Shown: positions 39,701-51,290 of the stretch, one piece after another | How positions within the stretch are numbered: the stretch's first letter is position 1 | Layout of the letters: each line of letters begins with the position of its first letter | Notes under the pieces: model-generated | The model's input: the letters and a program-made list of their open reading frames with translations, nothing else | Database searches by the model: none | Told to the model about the DNA's origin: nothing | Made by a program: the position numbers and the translations under genes | Origin: Macrostomum hystrix | Taxonomy: Eukaryota > Animalia > Platyhelminthes | Reading direction: 5' to 3' | DNA length: 64,000 bases | Assembly: GCA_950097015.1 (NCBI GenBank) | Contig: CATNEN010000001.1 | Coordinates: 23,064,001 to 23,128,000, forward strand

Positions 39701-42700
39701 GCCATAGCCGAGCAAGAGTTCTGGCAGCTGCACTGCCCGTTTCATCACCAGAAGAAGTTCGATGGACGCAAGCACTGGGAGGTGTTCAAATCGGCCTTCT
39801 ACGCAATGGTCATCAAAGCTCTGGAGGGCAAGAACCCCACACCCGACATGGCGACCTCTTGGAAGGCCTTCATGAAGGACACTGTCACTAAGAATCCGTT
39901 GCAACTGACGTTCGTACAGAAGCAAAGTGAGTTAATTTTATTTTAGTTCTGAGCTGATGATTGTTAAGACCGCAGAATTTAATGCTCAAATGGTTTCTGC
40001 GCGTTTCCAAATTCTTGCAGGAGCATTTTCAGCAATCAGGCTGCAGAGTATGATATGAATTATTGATTGTACAAAAATAATTTAAATATGTGCTCTCTGT
40101 GTAGTCCAGTTTTGAGTCAACTATATTCTCCTAGACTACCTATTGTTACCTATATTCTATCCGAATTCGCTAGATAAGGAGAGTGCAGTGCACCAACAAA
40201 TTTATCAGTCGATTTTTGTCGTCACTTACTAAAAATCTTTTTAAAAGTCGTTCGTGAGTTCTACTGTGTCGCTCTTCGGTGTGTGCATGCATTTTTTCTG
40301 AAAATGAAACACTTTTTCTATTGTCTTTCTTTCTGTCTTGTGGCCTGTCCTGTTTGCCTGAACCCAACCAAAAGAGGCTACAATTCTAGTTTTCCTCACC
40401 TGTCAGAGGCAGTCGCCGCTCAGCCACCCCCGCCGCCAGCCAAGGAGGCCAAAGGCGGCAAGGGCAAGGCTGCGGCCGCTGCGGCGGAGAGAGCAGCCGC
40501 TGAGGAGGCTGCCGAGCCCGACCCGACAGAGAGTACGGCCATAGACTATTGGCTTGAGCTGGGATTGACCAGAGTTTGGCGTTAATTAAAATAACTCGCG
40601 AACATCTAACTGAATGTCCTGCCGAGGGTATCTGAACAGTAGATTCTTAATAGCAAACTATTTCCAACTTAAACTAATAAATTATAAAGTTTGACCTAGC
40701 TCTAGTACTAATTATGTTGTTTCTGTGTGATAATTTTTTTGTTGGAGTTTATCCGATAATCAAAAATAACATTTTTAATAATATGGTGTGCTTTGTGAGC
40801 CAGCTCTTGGTTTTTGGACGCAGCAACAACCAAAATACATACAAAAAACTTATCCACAGAGCTTGAGCAGGACCCGAACAGTTGGTTCAACCGCGAGATC
40901 GGACCCGAGCAGCTGATTGCCGTTACTCGGCTGCAGAAGTGCTGGCGCGGCACCACAGCCCGGCACATCCTGGCTAGTCGGCATCCGGACGACAAGGCTC
41001 ACGCCAAAGTCCAGGACCAGCTACTGAAGGCCTGGTCCTACATGGAGCCGAATGCTGAGGCACTGGGTCTCTACTTGTTACGGACTCTTTTCCGCATCAG
41101 CCCGGAGGCAGCCGGACGCTATCCGTTCTCGCCCGACTCTGCCAATTATCTGTACTTTCACGACTACGCCGGCGCGTGTCAGGAGCAGCCGGCCGGGGGC
41201 CAGCCGTTCGTTGTCTTCCGCGAGATTTTCCACGCGCCAGAGGAGACGCAGACTCAGGGAGTGGCCTCAGCCGGCTCGCGCGTGCTGGCAAAGTTGCTGT
41301 GCACCGTGCCCACCTGCTGCCTGCGCGTCATCAACAATGACGACTATCGCGAGTTCGAGCGCTCCCTGGGAGAGCGAATGCCGGCCCAGGTGTTTCGAAA
41401 AAATCGCCGTGGGTACACCATGATTGGTGTGGCCAAGTCAGCGAAGGATCAGGTGAGCTTCACCTCTATCTTCATTTCTTTATTCATCCGAATAAAAACC
41501 GACTATTTCTACTCCTCAACTTATTATCCCATTCAGCCCTCTCCTCAGGGAAAATGGCGTCTGAGATTGATTGGAGATGACAAGTCGCTCTTGCAGCCCA
41601 CCAGATCGGAGGTGAATGCCAACTTCGCCACTCGCCAGCTGCAGGACTATTACGTGCCGAACCCGCGCCGTTTGATCTTCCGCCAGTCGGTTCGCGTAGC
41701 CGAGGACCACCTGGCCACGCTGCACCTGCGCCTCTCGCGTCCGGACGTTGCCGCGGTGCTAGAAATTCTCGACGACGAAGAGGTGGTCCTGTCAGCCGAG
41801 GGCAAGGGCCAGGTGTTCCTACCTGTCTTCTTGTTCCTCAAGGACAAACTGCCTGAAGGCGTGGGCGAAGATGCGGCTGGCAATGAGGCTGGCGGAGGTC
41901 GCAGCCCGTCCCGCGGCTCTGGTCGGGGCGGCGCCGGTGGCAAGCGAGCCGCTGGCGGTCGCAGCTCCGCGCGCAGCAAGGAGGGGAAACTGTCGGTGAG
42001 ACTTCGGGTCGTTCGCTGATCTATGTGGCAATGGAAATGTTGGGAACCTATAGCTTATACTCAAACACCTGAAACCACCACCTTGATCTCGCAGCACGCC
42101 AGCAGCGTGTCCAGTATCACGCATGAACTAACGGGCGAGTTCAAGCCGCACAAGTACATCATCCAGGCGCGCCTGCTGGACGAAGTTTGGCCACTCACAG
42201 CGTCAAACTGGACCTTCGTTGAGCAGCTGAAGGAGCAGGAGAAGGAAGATCTTAAAGGTGAGATTTCTCAAAAGATACCTGCCTTATAACCTTAGATTTT
42301 GATTACATTCTACCCACATTACCAGAAGACCCACAGTAGTTGATGAAGACAAAGTTTTAAGACACCAAGTTAAAATACTGCAAACTTAGAGTTCTCAGCG
42401 CCGAGATTCGGCAGGCGAGAACCCGTGCTAACACTGCTGCTTCCGCGAGCTTCCTCCAGCCAGCGCCAGCGCCAGAGACTGCAGCAGATTGTTCTGTTGC
42501 AGCACGCAGTCTCATCTGCAGCCGCATCGGCCACCGCATCAGCCGGTACTGCCAGACACTCCAGGACCGTGTCAGGCCGTGCCGCATCACAGTCTGAGCA
42601 CTGCTCAGAGGCTGCAGCCATCAGCAGTTTTGGTGGCAGTTATGCCAGCAGTAGAGTATCATCTGGGAAGACAACAAGTTCAGCTGGGGATGCGAGATAT

Positions 42701-44945
42701 TCTCAAACTCCGTCGATTGTGTCATCAGGTCTGCTCATGGACTGAGGAGTCTCAACTCACGACGCCTTCGATGTACTTCACAAAAATCTAAACAAAAATT
42801 GCTTTTCTTGTCTCATATTATTATACTATCCAATTATGTATATATTTATAATTATGTATATAACATCATAAAAGCTTTCACTTGAAAAATATGTTAAACA
42901 TCACTGCCAATAACAGAGACCTCTGTCGTACATAATCGTCTAATTTCACAAGCTTCAACTGAAATCCCGATTCGCAGTTGTCGGCAAGCCGAAGGAGCCG
43001 GCTGAGGAAGCTCAGAAGCTGGAGGCCTCCGTCAGTGGCGCGGCCGGTGCGTCGAAGAAGGACGCCGGAGGTGCTGGCGGCGCTGCTGGGGCCAAGGGCA
43101 AGGCCGCTCCGGCGAAAGGCGGCGCTGCTGGCGGCAAAGACGGCAAAGGCGCAGCCGGGAAGGATGCAAAAGGCGGCGCTGGCGACAAGAAAGGAGGCGC
43201 CGGCGGAGATCCGTCGGCTAGTCGGCCGGAGTCCGCAGCCTTCGACGAGCGCAAAGCTCACTGGGTGCTGCGGGTGATCTCAGATGCAGTCCTGAGCGAG
43301 GAAATCGAGGTGCGCAAGGACACAGAGCGAGCCGACCAGTTTAAGAGCATGAAGCGCGCCTGGGAGGACATGGCCCCTGGCCGGGCTGAGAAAGCTAAGC
43401 AGAGCCGCCTGCAGTACCTCAGCACTCACCTGGTGCGCAATCCAGAGGCTCCTCCAACGCCGCCACCGCCTCCGCCGCCGCCAGCAGCGGAAGTTGAGGG
43501 CGAGACGTCGACAGCAGCTGCTCCGCCGACTGCCGCAGCTGCTACAGAGGACGAAGCCTCAGTGCCGCCGCTGGATGAGCCACTGCTGGTCGAGCCTCCG
43601 CCGCCGCCGCATCCGCGGGAGATTCTGCAGCCGCTGGACATCTCGGCCTACAGGCGCGGCGATCTGTCCAGGGCTGTGCACAAAGACTACGACACCATCA
43701 AGCAGGAGGAGGACGAGATGATGGAGGACAAGATGGAGCGCTTCAAGGAGTTCCTGGCGGCCTGGGAGAAGAACATGGAGCTGGACCGGCTGGCCAGGAA
43801 CGAGGAGAGGAAGAACTACTTGGGATTCGTCCAGTCGTTGCAGGTGAGTGATTCTGTTAAATCTTCAAAGACTTCTAAATAACTTCATCCTTGCGACCCA
43901 ACACGTCCAAATCTTGCTGCTCCCTCACGTAAAATCTGAACATTCTACCCAGCATGATGCATCTTGTAGAAGCGTTTTAACAAATGCTGCCCTGTGTTGC
44001 AAAATCAGAGGTCACACTGACGTCTATTAAGCGTCAAACAACTTCACCGCACCAAAAGGCCACGGTGGACTCGCGCAGAATCGCCTACGCCAAGGCCATT
44101 GCTGCTTATCGCAGACGACTGATAACTGACACTCAGCCTCAGGAGCCCCCTAAGCCGCCAGTCAGTTATCCCAAACCAAAACCGGCGCTCGAGCCGGCGT
44201 CCCTAACAACCAATAGTAACCGAACTGGCGTGACAGCCAATCAGAATTCTTCATCAGGAGCTGGTGCAGCCGGAGCTGCTGCCAATGTACCGGCAGCGGC
44301 TCCTGCAAGTGTGAATGTCAACAGCAGCAGCGACACGGCAGCCAATGTTGAAAGCTTGGCCAGCAGTTACAATGCTGTGTCCCAGGCGTTAGATTAATTT
44401 GTTCCCGCCGTAGAGTGTCCATCACCGGAAAATACTATTTCTAACGATTTTTTCCGCCGAACTAATTCAACAATGATTTTTAGCTTTTACTTACCATTTT
44501 AAGTGAGCGCTTTCCGATTTGATTTGATCCCAAAATGACCAGCTCACCAACCAAACCTTTAGTAGAAATGTTCGCATCGCATTGTTATTATTTTACTTCA
44601 CCAATGATTATTCAACCAGTTGATTAGAACAAATGTGCGTGATCTCACGGCTTACTCAGACCAACCCTTTTCCTCCTTTCCCCAACCCTAACCAAACCGA
44701 AACAAACTAACAAAAAACAGAGACAGACCGACTCCTACCGCGAGCAATTCTTCCGGGCCAGGGAGGCCTACCGCCAGCGCTGCTTGGAGGCCGAGCGCCA
44801 GCGGCAGCAAGAACTGGCAGCCAAACAGGCCGAGGCTGAAGCGGCTGCCGCAGCCGAAGCTGAAGCCTTGAAGGCGGAGAAGGGCGGCGCCAAGAAAGCC
44901 GCCAAGAGTCCGAGAGCTTCGGCTAAGAAGGGCAAGAAGAAATGA
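21369..44945 (+). CDS. ADGB: Androglobin (calpain-like domain + circularly permuted globin split by an IQ motif + C-terminal coiled coil)
   Basis: Phase-consistent exons: 21369-21445, 26454-26547, 30255-30311, 30776-30964, 32463-32681, 32904-33043, 33143-33232, 33345-33462, 34297-34372, 34460-34507, 34692-35086, 35489-35749, 35880-35921, 36499-36764, 36851-36914, 37008-37073, 38903-39221, 39323-39542, 39625-39926, 40407-40532, 40860-41452, 41537-41995, 42095-42257, 42978-43843, 44721-44945. The motifs IWPEFSDTEINNEKW, WKRPQ, RPWEHIF..YNPYGKYVVRLFWLGQWRKIYVDD, ELWPMLLTKAL, IHCLTGWLP, LPPGRHVL, IQ motif LQKCWRGTTARH, HWVLRVIS, MKRAWE..PGRA.KA and terminal KKGKKK match recalled ADGB. Confidence 0.93.
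22302..22462 (+). CDS. ADGB: Candidate alternative first coding exon of ADGB (MKQRGAPTV...)
   Basis: ATG with an in-frame upstream TAG; GC-rich open frame ending CG|GTGAGA in phase 2, matching the acceptor at 26454. Confidence 0.55.
22940..23097 (+). CDS. ADGB: Candidate alternative first or cassette exon of ADGB (MDSSRATSR...)
   Basis: Open frame ending GC|GTGAGT in phase 2. An in-phase TAG acceptor at 22926 also allows use as an internal 171-nt exon. Confidence 0.55.
23110..23600. repeat. 19-20-bp minisatellite (CACCTGACACCCACTGCAT)
   Basis: Starts right after the 23098 donor. Confidence 0.9.
24008..24300 (+). CDS. ADGB: Candidate alternative first coding exon of ADGB (MDIGTASIT...)
   Basis: GC-rich ORF with exon-like composition; possible weak donor GG|GTCTGG in phase 2. 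Confidence 0.4.
24976..25109 (+). CDS. ADGB: Candidate alternative first coding exon of ADGB (MQQQNQH...PEPLE)
   Basis: ATG with an in-frame upstream TAA; open frame ending GA|GTGCGC in phase 2. Confidence 0.4.
25220..25892. repeat. 20-bp minisatellite (CTGTTAGACAGGGTGCTCAG)
   Basis: ~33 units. Confidence 0.95.
26529..27930 (+). repeat. 38-bp minisatellite spanning an ADGB exon/intron junction (GATTAACAATGAGAAATGG|GTGAGTAGGCTGCGACTGG)
   Basis: ~37 units; the first unit overlaps the last 19 nt of coding exon 26454-26547. Confidence 0.97.
27950..28395. repeat. 14-bp purine-rich minisatellite (GAGACAGGAGAGAT)
   Basis: Tandem array. Confidence 0.93.
28945..29215 (+). mobile_element. tRNA-derived SINE (family A), 3'-truncated
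   Basis: Same head (GTGGTTAACGCGTCTGCCTCTCGCACCAAGGTCCCTGAGCTCGATTC) and body as the copies at 35106, 47750 and 60567. Confidence 0.8.
30385..30685. repeat. 13-bp pyrimidine-rich minisatellite (CTGTCTCCCTCTC)
   Basis: ~23 identical units. Confidence 0.95.
31000..31210. repeat. Compound repeat (TGTCTAACA / TGTCTAGAACCCC)
   Basis: Tandem array. Confidence 0.85.
32180..32370. mobile_element. tRNA-related element (family B): back-to-back tRNA-like heads followed by a CORE-like GTGTCCTTTAGCAAGACACTTAAC
   Basis: Minus-strand A/B boxes at 32181-32244 and plus-strand TAGCCTAGTGG...GGTTCGATTCC at 32266-32328. Related pieces at 5205-5430, 33530-33575, 34615-34670, 36180-36355 and 48200-48310. Confidence 0.6.
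35106..35385 (+). mobile_element. tRNA-derived SINE (family A) with target-site duplication
   Basis: A/B boxes and an (ATT)n tail; flanked by CTGGGGCGG(C/G)AGA at 35093-35105 and 35386-35398. Confidence 0.85.
37165..38325. repeat. 34-bp minisatellite (TCCGATACCACCACCTCAGACCCTTCATTGTGAC)
   Basis: ~34 units with alternating variants. Confidence 0.95.
42390..42745 (+). CDS. ADGB: Candidate alternative (truncating) last exon of ADGB
   Basis: Acceptor CTTAG| in phase 1 matches the donor at 42257; GC-rich Ser/Ala-rich open frame to TGA. Confidence 0.4.
44059..44397 (+). CDS. ADGB: Candidate alternative last exon of ADGB, paralogous to 44721-44945
   Basis: Phase-0 acceptor AAAG|GCC. ATVDSRRIAYAKAIAAYRRRL resembles RQTDSYREQFFRAREAYRQRC of the canonical last exon. 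Confidence 0.55.
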   Translation, partial: ATVDSRRIAYAKAIAAYRRRLITDTQPQEPPKPPVSYPKPKPALEPASLTTNSNRTGVTANQNSSSGAGAAGAAANVPAAAPASVNVNSSSDTAANVESLASSYNAVSQALD

Positions 44946-47307
44946 GCGAGTTGGCTGAGATTGCGGATGAATGAGCGCTTAGAATATTCTGGGGTAATGA
45001 GTGAGAGATGCAGAGTCGGGTTGTGTTATGTACATTCCCTTAGGTGTACATTCAGCCCAGCCCCGTGGGAAGATCTAGTTGATGTCAATGTACATTCCAG
45101 TGGGTAGGGGATGGGGACTCAAGACTTATTCATCCGCAAAAAATATTTATTTATGGTGAGAGCTGTTGCGTAAAGTCTTACCGGTCTAAACAGCTTTGCC
45201 AACTCAAGCTCATGCCCTAATATTGAAGCTAGTAGAAGCTTAACTGTGATAACTTTGAATTATGGATGCTCTGATACTGTACTTTACTGTATCACTATTG
45301 CTCGACTTAAAAAACTGTAACTGTGTATGCTTACATTTTTAATGCGAACGAAAAGTTTGCAAATTACGGTACAAACTCTCGGAAGAATCACTTCTGTCTG
45401 GTACTCCGAATTAGAGCTTCAAATCGCAGAATCGCAGCCCAGTAGAGACAACAGCGTAGCAAACAAAGATTCACTTATTGTTAGTCTTTGTTTTCAATTG
45501 TATTTGTCACTCAGATGAAGCTGTGGTCGGTCGCATTTGAATGCCCTTTCGAGTCTGGCAAAAAGAAGTTGATTTCGACCAAGGCTCATCGCGCTGTGAC
45601 TCTGTAAAAAGAGATTTATTTTTCTTCTACAGTATATTAAATGTCGATTTGCTATCTGATGGCTAAAGACCTACTAACAAGTTTATCCTCCATAGATTTT
45701 CCTTAACTTGTTTACGTGGTTATAAGACTGATTTATTGAGAGTTTCATTATTGTAAGTGTTCAGTTTAGTATACTGAACTAGCAACTTACCCCCCCAATT
45801 TGTTTTTTGCTTGTTTTTGTGTTCTGTCTCCTGCACGTGGTCGAGAAAGCATAAAAGTGTTATCAGCTTTGCTTTTTCATCACGCTGCGAACAAACCAAA
45901 CGGTGTCGAGGACCATAAAACTGTATAGAAGATTTGCTTCTTTAATTTTTGTTTCTTTTATATCTCTTTTTCTTGTGTCACATGCCTTGCTCAAACCGGA
46001 CACCCGATCTAGACTCCAGGACGCTGAAGTCCTAGAAGGCGATTTGAGCTATCAAGACTTCAACACACATTCCAAGTTGTGTATACATTGTTTGTTTTGT
46101 TTAAATGTAGTTTTCGCTATCTAAATTAGATTTGAACTTGCTTCGCCACACATTCCAAGTTGTGCATAAATTTCTGCTTGTTGAGATGGCTGAATGCTTA
46201 TCGTTGATTTTTTGTCTGTCACTGTTGTGTCCTAAGATTATAACTAAAAACTTTATGGTTTCTAGCTCTCTTTGATTATTTGCTCTTATTGTGTGCGTCT
46301 TGTTTTATTGCTAATGCTTCTTTGCCTAAGCTTTCCTTTGGCAGTTTGTTATTAATTACATTAATTAGTAACCTTAGTAGTGGCTCTGCTTTGTTAATCT
46401 CCTGCCGTTGGACAGTTTCTGATTCTCTTCCTATTTCTAAAAAGCACCAAAAATATCAGGTTATAGAATCGAACTTTTTATCGAATATTAAATTTGTGAT
46501 TATCTCCTAAAACACCTCCTAACAGAAACGCTAGCGGTAAAAGCTGATTTAACTGCTTTTATTAACTTCAGTTTTTAGCATGGAAAACGCTTTTGTTGCA
46601 CTTTAATTAAACAAATAATTAAAATATACACGCACGCACATGGCCTAATGTCTATCTCAATCTAAACTAGCTAAATCCTTTAGATGGTTGTGTTTCCTTA
46701 TCAACGACTCGTCAATGTTTGCTCTTTTCAAAATAAAATAAATAAGTGTGTATATCTTTTGGACTGAAAAGCATAAAATCGACGGGTTAGTAAAGTCAGG
46801 AAAGTGGCAGCTATTCTCGGACGATTATATTTGAGACAGAGTAGACAGAAAATGATCAGGTCATTATAATATCAAGTTACAAGGTTTAAAAAGACGTTAG
46901 AACTACATACACAAAAAGCTGTTTAAAAATATGCCAGATTGTATAAATAGTTGTTGAAGACAGAAAATCACAAGGGAAGACAGATAGAAAGAATAGAAAA
47001 GTATAAAACAGAAGTTCTATAGTCACTTCTAAAGAAAAAGCTACTGAATTCAGAAATAAAAAATGGTTAAATTGGCGCGAAATAACTACAAAAAGGTTAT
47101 TAAAAAACGTCACAAAAGTTAAAAAATATGCATGGGCTTTAACAACAGTTGTACAGCTAAACAACAGACTGTCGATTGCAGTGAAGCAAATGTTGGCCAA
47201 TTAATAATTGGCCAACATGGCGCGCAATCAAAGCAAATACATATGGGTTCCTAGTTCTCGCATGTCATTGTCATAGGAGTTTAGACTGTAATCGAATAGC
47301 CAGGCAA

Positions 47308-49214
47308 TCAGGACGAAACAAACAGCTCGGGCACAATCTCCTGATTGATCTGGTGCCTCTGGCTGACAATCTCGGCAATGTCCTGCTGGCCGCTGTCGCC
47401 AAGGGCCGACTCCAACTCACGAATGAGCTCATTCTCTTTGGCTCCCTTGCGCATCGACTTCCAGTAAAGCAGCAGTCTCTGGGAGAGGCCTGCCAGTGTG
47501 TTAAGTAAGAGAAAGCAACATGAGAGAAGCGATTCAGGTGGTTTGAGCACCGGACTCATGAGCAAGTCGAGGTCAAGGATTCGAATCTTAACCCTGGCAC
47601 ATCATTTGTTGACAATTGACCGACAGCCAGCGAGGAACTCCTGAGCACACACGCACACAGGTGTGGACATCTGCCCTGACTATTTAATCGTCAGGCAGTG
47701 TACACTTTCACTGTGTCTTGGAGGTTGGCCCTTGCACGAAAAGCCCCCCATGGATGACTGGCAGAGCGGTTAACGCGTTTGCCTCTCGCACCAAGGTCCC
47801 TGAGCTCGATTCTGCAGTGAGGCCGGTGCAGCCGTGGAGAGAAGGCTTGGAGGATTGTCGTGCAATTCACCCCCTTGAAGGCCAGTCTCTAAGGCACAGT
47901 GAAGTGTACACTGCCTGACGATGTGAAAGTCAGGCTAGATGTACACACCTGTGTGAGTGAGTGCCTGCGTACAGTATCTGTGTGCTCAATCAGTCAGCGA
48001 AATAGGCAGAATTGCCTTCTCGCTGGCTGCGGGTCTAGTGTCACCAAATGATGTGCCATTGCCCGCAGCTCTCCTGCAATTATTTTTATTATTATTACGA
48101 CAAGCCCCCAAGCCTTCTCTCCATGGCCCAAAATAAATGTGGCCTCGCCTCGGAATCGACTCGCAACACGTTAACCGCTCTGCCACTCGCCCCCAAGCCT
48201 AGAGAAACATTTTGTTCATTAAGCAAGACACAAGATATAAACCATTGCTTCAGTTCACCCAGCTGAAAAAGGGGATAAAACTGTGGCGGCTCCCCCAGTC
48301 CATGGACACCACCTTTGGATTCGCAACTATATTCTTTATAAATACTCTTAGTTGATATTCACCAGTCTCCGTCAACTGTTGCTCGTCATTCTTCAGCTTC
48401 TGGCGGACAATTTCCACGGTTGGAATGTTAAGCAGCATGTAGAGCTGCAAATCGCCCTGCTTCACCGCCCTGGACAGGTTGATGAGGCTGACATCAGTCA
48501 GCACTTTGGCCTCCTTGCTCTCCAGCAGCTCTGCCAGGTGATTTCAGAGAAGTATTAATTTATAACTGGGCATTGGGATTTTTTAGTTAGAATTTGTCAA
48601 AGTACAAATATTTTTTCTTGAATCTTTTTTACCGTAGGTGAAATCTGCATTTTTAAATTGTCATTAAAAGCACAAAAGTGTTTCTTAAATAAATGCTACA
48701 TATTTGCTGCTTTATGAAAATGTCCACTTGAGTCCTAAATTTTCGTAAACAGACAGAAATGGGCTGATGTAATGACCATAGTTTATCAATTTGTAGTAAG
48801 TTGTAAGGGACTAAATATCAAATATGATTTTGTATTATAATAATAGCTATACTTATTTGTATATTGATTAAGGACATGGCTCAGAGTAATTTGAATGAAT
48901 GCATTCTTAAAAAATTTACAGTTTTAGTTTTTTTGTAAATTCAATTATAAATATACACTGAGTCCTCTCATTTTCTTGAAACTATGTCCTTCTTTAATTG
49001 TCTAAAGATCTATAGTTATACTATAGCATAGTATATTATAGTATATATTATCGAATTAGTTACAGACTCTTGAATTCAGAACTGGAACAACACAAATTTG
49101 AGGGAATAATTATATGAGAATATTGAAATGGCTTTCAAAACGAATATATATATATGTCGCTGTGTTTTTTAATAAATGTAGAGAACAGTAAATACTACCT
49201 TCGTTGTCTGCCAT
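47308..49214 (-). CDS. Small death-domain-like protein (~125 aa; resembles the C-terminal death domains of invertebrate DTHD1-like proteins)
   Basis: Exons (minus) 49214-49199, 48644-48633 (12-nt microexon), 48530-48363 and 47489-47308 give 378 nt in frame: MADNEDFTYELLESKEAKVLTDVSLINLSRAV...LLNIPTVEIVRQK...RLLLYWK...ELESALGDSGQQDIAEIV. The death-fold pattern L..W...L..AL...G..D.AE is present. The two large exons are secure; the N-terminus is less certain. Confidence 0.65.
47630..48195. mobile_element. Cluster of family-A SINEs: minus fragment (~47630-47745), plus copy (~47750-48097), minus head (~48100-48195)
   Basis: Direct and reverse-complement matches to the 60567 copy. Confidence 0.8.
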
Positions 49215-50640
49215 TGACAGTTTACTTTCTAGAATAGTTCTTAGGCCGTTTGTTGAAAATCAGAATACTGGTCCGTCGTAAACTAATTTCAAGAAAGCAA
49301 GTTAGATTTCTAAGTTAAACTTGTTGTCCCTAGAGCTTTTAACGCGACAATTAGTTTCAACAAAACCTGTCACATAATGCAAACTCTGCGAATCATCAAG
49401 TCCCTTTTAAATTAAAAGCGCTTTTTAGTCTAAAAAACTGACTTTTTAAAGTTGTGTATTTGCTTTTTGTGAAACATCTCTAAAAAAACTAACCTCAGAG
49501 ACATTATGTACAAAAAATGTACTGTTCTTCTTAAGAAAAGAGCATGAGTATAAGTAAACATCTAATTAGAGTTAAAATCTATAGTAGTTGGGCTCTTCTA
49601 TCTCTGAAATGATAAATTTTTAATTATGTACTATTTCACCAAGTCGTATGCTGCAATACATTGTGAAAGATAATTTAGATTTTCCATGAAATAGGCGCAG
49701 AAAACAATATGTAGTTGACTGATATTTTATGCAAGCATAATATAAAATGCTTGCAATCAGAAGCACTAAAACTGACTCGACTCGGGATAAAAAATGTATT
49801 AAGAATAATTACAAATAAAAGGCCAACAAAAGCAAAGAATACTTCCTTCTTGAATTTTTCTACTACGGCGAACGAATGCACTTATATATAGATTCATTCC
49901 TACAGTCTGCAATCTTCTAAGCATTTGACTTCTTATAGTAGCAAACAGATAGTCTCTCATTCCCAGGCGGCAAAGCTAACCGGCTCAACCGATTTGCCGC
50001 TGTCCAACTTACTCGTAACTCAGCTGCATATATCCTTCCTGCTTCATCTATCTTCCGAAATAGCGTTGGGATGTCTGCTTGTCATGGGGGGACTGTCCGG
50101 GTAGGACTTGCCTGATAAAGTCCGAGATAACTGCTCAGCTTTGTTATGAGAAGTGTGCATTACGCTGCGCACTTATGCACTCGTGCCTCGTGTTCTAGCG
50201 ACTCAATTACTCAAATGTTTTCCTTATAACTGCACTTTGCTGTAACCGCCCCTAAACTGAAATAAATGTGCCCCAATTGCTGCCTGAAAGCAAGAGTTTT
50301 TGGGTATCAGATTTCTCCCACGAGCAATCAATCTTTGACTTGATCCTTACTCCCAAAGCCTCCTCCTTCCCGCAGTCTCTGAGATGAACAAACACAAACA
50401 GAGTCTAGCTAGCAAAAGCTCAATTAATCAGCTTCTGGTTAACAAGCTCTGATCATGATGGAAACTCTCCGAAATGATGATAAGAATTTTATCCATCCAG
50501 TTTTAGATGTTTGTCCTGATGAACAAATTTTAGCGCTGGCCATAGTTGAAATTGATTGATTGTAAGCATCTTTGATTCCAATAGGATCAGATGGAAAACC
50601 TTCGAAAAATTGGGCATTGTAACAGCTGGGAGCTGTTACA

Positions 50641-51264
50641 GCAGGGATAAGGGAGTGACAGAGCAGGGATAAGGGAGTGACAGAGCAGGGATAAGGGAGC
50701 GGCACTATGACATAGGCGGCACTGGAGTGGCATGGCTGGGTGTGTGGGTGAAAAGTGGTTAACAAGGCTGCAGCTGTGGTGTCTGCTCCCATTGGGCAGC
50801 CATCATCAGCCAATGAGATTTCCTGGCCAAACTCTCGACAAGGACAGAGACAAATTGTGCTTCCATCGAGTTACCATTTATTTATAGGGATGAAAAGTTT
50901 CCCAACAGAGAAAGCATTCTATCTATTAGTTCTGTTATTGGCATTGTTAAAGGACGAAAACTTGTTGGTGAGTTCACTATTAGCATGATTTTAGGAGTTT
51001 AGTTTTAAATAAACACTCGTTTTACTGCTTTGATATATTGATATTTGCATTGATGCATTGATTGGTCAATAAATTGATAGACAAGTTAACTTAAAATTAA
51101 AGATTAGATACAAAACTAGATAGATAGATATATAGATGGATAATATATTGATAGATTGATAGATTGATAGATTGGCAGATGCCCACTGACAATTTTTAAT
51201 GCCCACATTTTTCTTCCAAAATATTCAACCAATCGCAGTAAAAAATCCAGAAGGCGGTCCAGAA
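50641..51264 (+). repeat. ~620-bp near-identical duplicate of ~59870-60487
   Basis: The two copies give identical translated ORFs (50755-50988 and 59987-60220); this copy is flanked by a 33-bp direct repeat. Confidence 0.92.
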
Positions 51265-51290
51265 ACCTTCGAAAAATTGGGCATTGTAAC

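Noticed and set aside
49960-50135. Possible upstream coding exon of the death-domain gene (minus strand, ends in GTAAGT)
   Set aside because: All three frames contain stops between the candidate acceptor and donor; at most a UTR exon.
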